Part shown: piece by piece, positions 60,951 to 64,000 of the stretch | How positions within the stretch are numbered: the stretch's first letter is position 1 | How the letters are laid out: every line of letters begins with the position of its first letter | From: an uncultured Collinsella sp. | Lineage (GTDB): Bacteria > Actinomycetota > Coriobacteriia > Coriobacteriales > Coriobacteriaceae | Direction of reading: 5' to 3' | DNA: 64,000 nucleotides | Assembly (NCBI GenBank): GCA_902493855.1 | Contig: CABUQV010000005.1 | Coordinates: 5,962-69,961 of the forward strand | The notes under the pieces: model-generated | Databases searched by the model: none | What the model saw: only the letters and a program-made list of their open reading frames with translations | What the model was told of the DNA's origin: nothing | Position numbers and translations under genes: made by a program

Positions 60951-61282
60951 CGCGACTCACCCCTCACGCCGAAGATGTCGGCCAGGATGTCGCCCGGCGA
61001 TGCCACGAACGGCTCGGGGCTGATTGGGTCGTAAGTCACCTCGAGGTAGCCCGGGTAGCCGATCGTCACGCCCGTGGGCTCGCGCCCCGGAAGAAGCTGG
61101 TAGCCCCAGGCCACGCTCACCCTGTGCTCGTCCAGGATGGTCTCGGTGCGCTCCACGCGAAACCTATAGCCGCCCACCCGCTCCGTGTCGTACGTGTCGT
61201 CGGCCCAGGGAATCCGGTGCCTGTCGAGGGCGTCGCGGTAGGCCCTCATCACCGCTGAGATCTCGGTCAAAACCTCTCTCAC
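60947..61282 (-). CDS. Hypothetical phage protein
   Basis: AGGAG RBS; coupled overlap. Confidence 0.5.
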   Translation of the reverse strand: MREVLTEISAVMRAYRDALDRHRIPWADDTYDTERVGGYRFRVERTETILDEHRVSVAWGYQLLPGREPTGVTIGYPGYLEVTYDPISPEPFVASPGDILADIFGVRGESR

Positions 61283-61300
61283 TCTCCTATCTCAAAAGAA

Positions 61301-61636
61301 TTAGGTGTTCTTTGCCGCGGGGGCTTCCCCGCCGGCGCCGTTTCCACTGCCTAGCGGCGGGAACCCCATCGCCTGCTGGCCCAGCTGCCCCGCCGCCGTT
61401 GGCACACTTTTGGCATACCTCCAGCTCGGCTTCTCGCCCCTTGCGATGGCGGCGATGTCCATCCGCAGGTCCTCCTTGGCGCGCTTGCGGGCGCGGTACT
61501 CGTCGAGCTTCTGCTTCTTGGCCAGGCGCGCGCCCTCGTCGGCGCTGATGACGTTGGCCATGTAGATCCGCGTCACGTCGAGCGGCCGGCCGGCTGCGGG
61601 GTCGAAGCCGTCGAGCATCTCCCTGAGGGTGATCAT
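61301..61636 (-). CDS. Hypothetical phage protein
   Basis: ATGA overlap with the replication gene. Confidence 0.5.
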   Translation of the reverse strand: MITLREMLDGFDPAAGRPLDVTRIYMANVISADEGARLAKKQKLDEYRARKRAKEDLRMDIAAIARGEKPSWRYAKSVPTAAGQLGQQAMGFPPLGSGNGAGGEAPAAKNT

Positions 61637-62331
61637 GCCGACTCACCCAGCTCCCGCTCGAGGGCGGCGATGACGTCGTCCTCGGTCTCGGCGGGCTTCC
61701 ACACCGCCGCGCGCTCGACCTCCTGGGAGGTCTGCCCGCCGCGGGCCTTGCGCTCGGCGTCGTAGCCGCGCTCGCGGTCGGACCAGATGCGGGCGACCGG
61801 CTCCCACTTCGCGATGGGGAAGCCCTGCCTGGTCCAGCCGTTGGACTCGTAGTAGTCGAAAAACTTGCTGGCGCTGCCGCGCAGGCAGTTGGCGGCGAAG
61901 TACGCCTCGACCTCCTCGAGGGTCGGCGGGACGAACTCGGCGCCCCCTCCCCCTTCGTTTTCACAATCTGAGGGGTTAATCCAGACTCCTAACTCCTCTT
62001 CCCCTTCCTCTTCCTCTTCGCTTGCGCGTTTGCTTTCCGTTTTGCTTGCGCTTTTGCTTTCCGTTTTGCTTGCGCGTTTGCTTTCTGGTTTGCTTGCGCG
62101 TTTGCCCCTGCTCTGCCCGCCCTTCCTTCCGGCCTCCGCCCTGGCGCGGCTGTTCTCGAGGACCGGCATGATCATCGTGATGGCCATCCGCTGGGCGTCG
62201 GTGCGCGGCTCGGGCACCTCTCCGGTCACGAGGTAGCGCACCATCATGCCGAGCAGCTCGTTGCTCTCGCGCCTGTTGCCGAGGCACAGCGCGCCCTCGA
62301 CGAGGGAATCAAGTATCGTCATACGTATCAC
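61633..62331 (-). CDS. Replication initiator / replisome organizer
   Basis: FVPPTLEEV..Y, FFDYYESNGW, W....R.W; internal DNA repeats. Confidence 0.7.
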   Translation of the reverse strand: MIRMTILDSLVEGALCLGNRRESNELLGMMVRYLVTGEVPEPRTDAQRMAITMIMPVLENSRARAEAGRKGGQSRGKRASKPESKRASKTESKSASKTESKRASEEEEEGEEELGVWINPSDCENEGGGGAEFVPPTLEEVEAYFAANCLRGSASKFFDYYESNGWTRQGFPIAKWEPVARIWSDRERGYDAERKARGGQTSQEVERAAVWKPAETEDDVIAALERELGESA

Positions 62332-63508
62332 CTCCGCAGATCGAATCGGTAAAGGCCGCAGCGGCGGCCTGGTCTCGGCCCGGCATGACCGAGCCGTAGA
62401 TGTCGAGCGTCGTCTTGACGCTCGCGTGCCCCAGGCGCTCCTGGATGGTCCTCATGTCGAACCCGTTCATGAGCAGCCACGAGGCGTGCGTGTGCCTCAG
62501 GGAATGGAACACCGTCTCCTCCGGCAGCCCCAGGTCCCTCACGAGCGACTTGAAGCGGCTCGTCACGGTGGACGGGCGCGCGATGGCTCCGGCGGGCCCG
62601 AAGGTCACCACCAGCGCCGCCGGGCCCTTGCGCGAGAGCCACGTGTCCTGCCACTCCAGGTGGCGCTCCAGCCGCGCCTCCACCGCCGGGGCGAGCGCCA
62701 CGTTGCGCACGCGCCTGCCCTTGGTGTAGGCCTGCCGGTGCAGCTCGGGGTGCTCGACCGCCTGCCCCACCACGTGCAGGTCGTGCAGGGAGCGGCGCCA
62801 GTCTCGGCGCTGCAGCCCGCAGATCTCCCCGCAGCGCAGGCCCGTGTTGAGGGCGAGGTAGACCGCCATGGCCTCGGTGCGCCGCGAGATGTTGGCGGCA
62901 GAGGCAGATTGCGAGGACATGGCGGAGGCCAGCGCCCGGGAGAGCTCGTCGGTGTCGAGCTCGGACAGCGCGAACGGCTCCACGGGGTCGGGCGAGGGCG
63001 CGGGGACGTCGAGCATGATGTCGCGGCCCAGCGCCGGCCGCCACGAGCGGTAGGCGCCCTTCAGCAGCGCGTGCATCTTGAGCAGCGTCTTGGGCGACAG
63101 CCCCTTGCCACTCCTGGGGGCGAGCAGCATGCGGTACGCCGCCGACACGTCCCAGGGCTCAAGCTGGTCGTAGGGCAGCCGGCCGATGGTCGGCTCCACC
63201 ATCGTCCTTACCACGCTGCGGTACGTGGCCACCGAGTTGTCGGACAGGCCGTTGACGGGGTCCGAGATGTACGTCTCGAGCATCGAGGACAGGCGCTTGG
63301 AACTGTCGCGCGCGGAGGAAGGGTCGAACGTGGCCGCCCACCTGTCGCACTCGGCCTGTGCCTGCTCGCGCGTCAGCTCCGCGTCCCACGACCTGTACGG
63401 CCTGATCCGCCTGCCGGTCACGCGGTCGGTGCCCATATAAGGACGGGCGAACCAGCGCCCGTCCTCCCCGCGCTGCACGACCGCCCGGCGCTCGCTAGAA
63501 GTCGGCAC
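62309..63508 (-). CDS. Integrase-family tyrosine recombinase inside the early operon
   Basis: GLRCGE, FHSLRHTHAS, RLGHAS...TLDIY; GTG start after AAGGAG. Confidence 0.85.
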   Translation of the reverse strand: MPTSSERRAVVQRGEDGRWFARPYMGTDRVTGRRIRPYRSWDAELTREQAQAECDRWAATFDPSSARDSSKRLSSMLETYISDPVNGLSDNSVATYRSVVRTMVEPTIGRLPYDQLEPWDVSAAYRMLLAPRSGKGLSPKTLLKMHALLKGAYRSWRPALGRDIMLDVPAPSPDPVEPFALSELDTDELSRALASAMSSQSASAANISRRTEAMAVYLALNTGLRCGEICGLQRRDWRRSLHDLHVVGQAVEHPELHRQAYTKGRRVRNVALAPAVEARLERHLEWQDTWLSRKGPAALVVTFGPAGAIARPSTVTSRFKSLVRDLGLPEETVFHSLRHTHASWLLMNGFDMRTIQERLGHASVKTTLDIYGSVMPGRDQAAAAAFTDSICGGDTYDDT

Positions 63509-63848
63509 TGGTAGCGAGCTCCTTAGCGATGTGCGTGATCTTGTCGCGATCGTCGAGATTGATGTCAAAGAGCGGCTCGCTGGCGTCGAACGGGCTGACC
63601 GCCGCGAGCATGACCTGCTCCCTTGCCTCGGTCTCATCGATCCCAAGGTTAACCATGACCCTGACGGACTCGCTGACGAGGCGCCGCATAATCCCGAGAG
63701 CGGTGTGCTGATCCATGTAGCCTCCCGCAAAGGCCAAAACGCCATCATCCTCATCTCCGGCGCAGACGAGGCCATTCACCTCGAACTCGACGGTCTCGAC
63801 GTTCTCGCGCTCGATCGTCACCTTCATCTTCGGCTCTTCGCTACTCAT
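63495..63848 (-). CDS. Hypothetical phage protein
   Basis: AGGAGG RBS; overlaps neighbours. Confidence 0.5.
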   Translation of the reverse strand: MSSEEPKMKVTIERENVETVEFEVNGLVCAGDEDDGVLAFAGGYMDQHTALGIMRRLVSESVRVMVNLGIDETEAREQVMLAAVSPFDASEPLFDINLDDRDKITHIAKELATSADF

Positions 63849-63999
63849 CCTTCTCCTCCTTGAAACTCTCCTGAACCCTCGCCCTGAGCCACTCGTCTTC
63901 ATCGTTCGGCGTAAAGCCTGCGGCGCGGAACACGTTCCAGTGCTCGATCCACCCCTCCGCGTCGTCGCCGCAGTAGCTGGAGTTGAGCTGGGCCATGTT
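63841..63999 (-). CDS. Partial hypothetical protein at the window edge
   Basis: Open frame ...GWIEHWNVFRAAG...EEKDE*. Confidence 0.4.
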   Translation of the reverse strand, partial: NMAQLNSSYCGDDAEGWIEHWNVFRAAGFTPNDEDEWLRARVQESFKEEKDE

Positions 64000-64000
64000 C

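Larger units (their letters stand above)
36245..64000 (-). mobile_element. Siphovirus-type prophage (left end approximate; extends beyond the window)
   Basis: Contiguous lysis, tail, tape measure, capsid, portal, terminase, HNH and replication genes in canonical order. Confidence 0.95.

Overview
High-GC anaerobe-type actinobacterial chromosome (gene content resembles Coriobacteriia such as Collinsella; the taxon is inferred). Positions 1-~36.25 kb are host genes: two tandem double-cubane/2-hydroxyacyl-CoA dehydratase-like reductases, modABC, Moco genes, a CLC-F-type channel, xpt, an OAH sulfhydrylase, rnpB, rpsA, rpiB, ndk, argH/argG, polA, a TPP riboswitch with thiC, and thiD, plus several structured intergenic repeats. 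From ~36.3 kb to the window end lies a siphovirus-type prophage, almost all on the minus strand: lysis, tail, head, packaging, hicAB, replication and an internal integrase-family gene. The main finding is a five-cassette DNA-inversion system (shufflon) at 38.9-41.8 kb. A tyrosine recombinase sits beside five copies of ATTCTGTATCCC (3 on +, 2 on -). Each copy opens an in-frame alternative C-terminus for a tail/receptor-binding gene, and the crossover site lies inside that gene at D-S-V-S. Other notable items: a minor-head protein with a nuclease-like C-terminus followed directly by two tRNA genes and no immunity ORF; four collagen-fibre-type genes split at the same point of a repeated domain; and a 10-bp-phased repeat array upstream of the packaging module. 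Family assignments come from motif recognition, not database searches.
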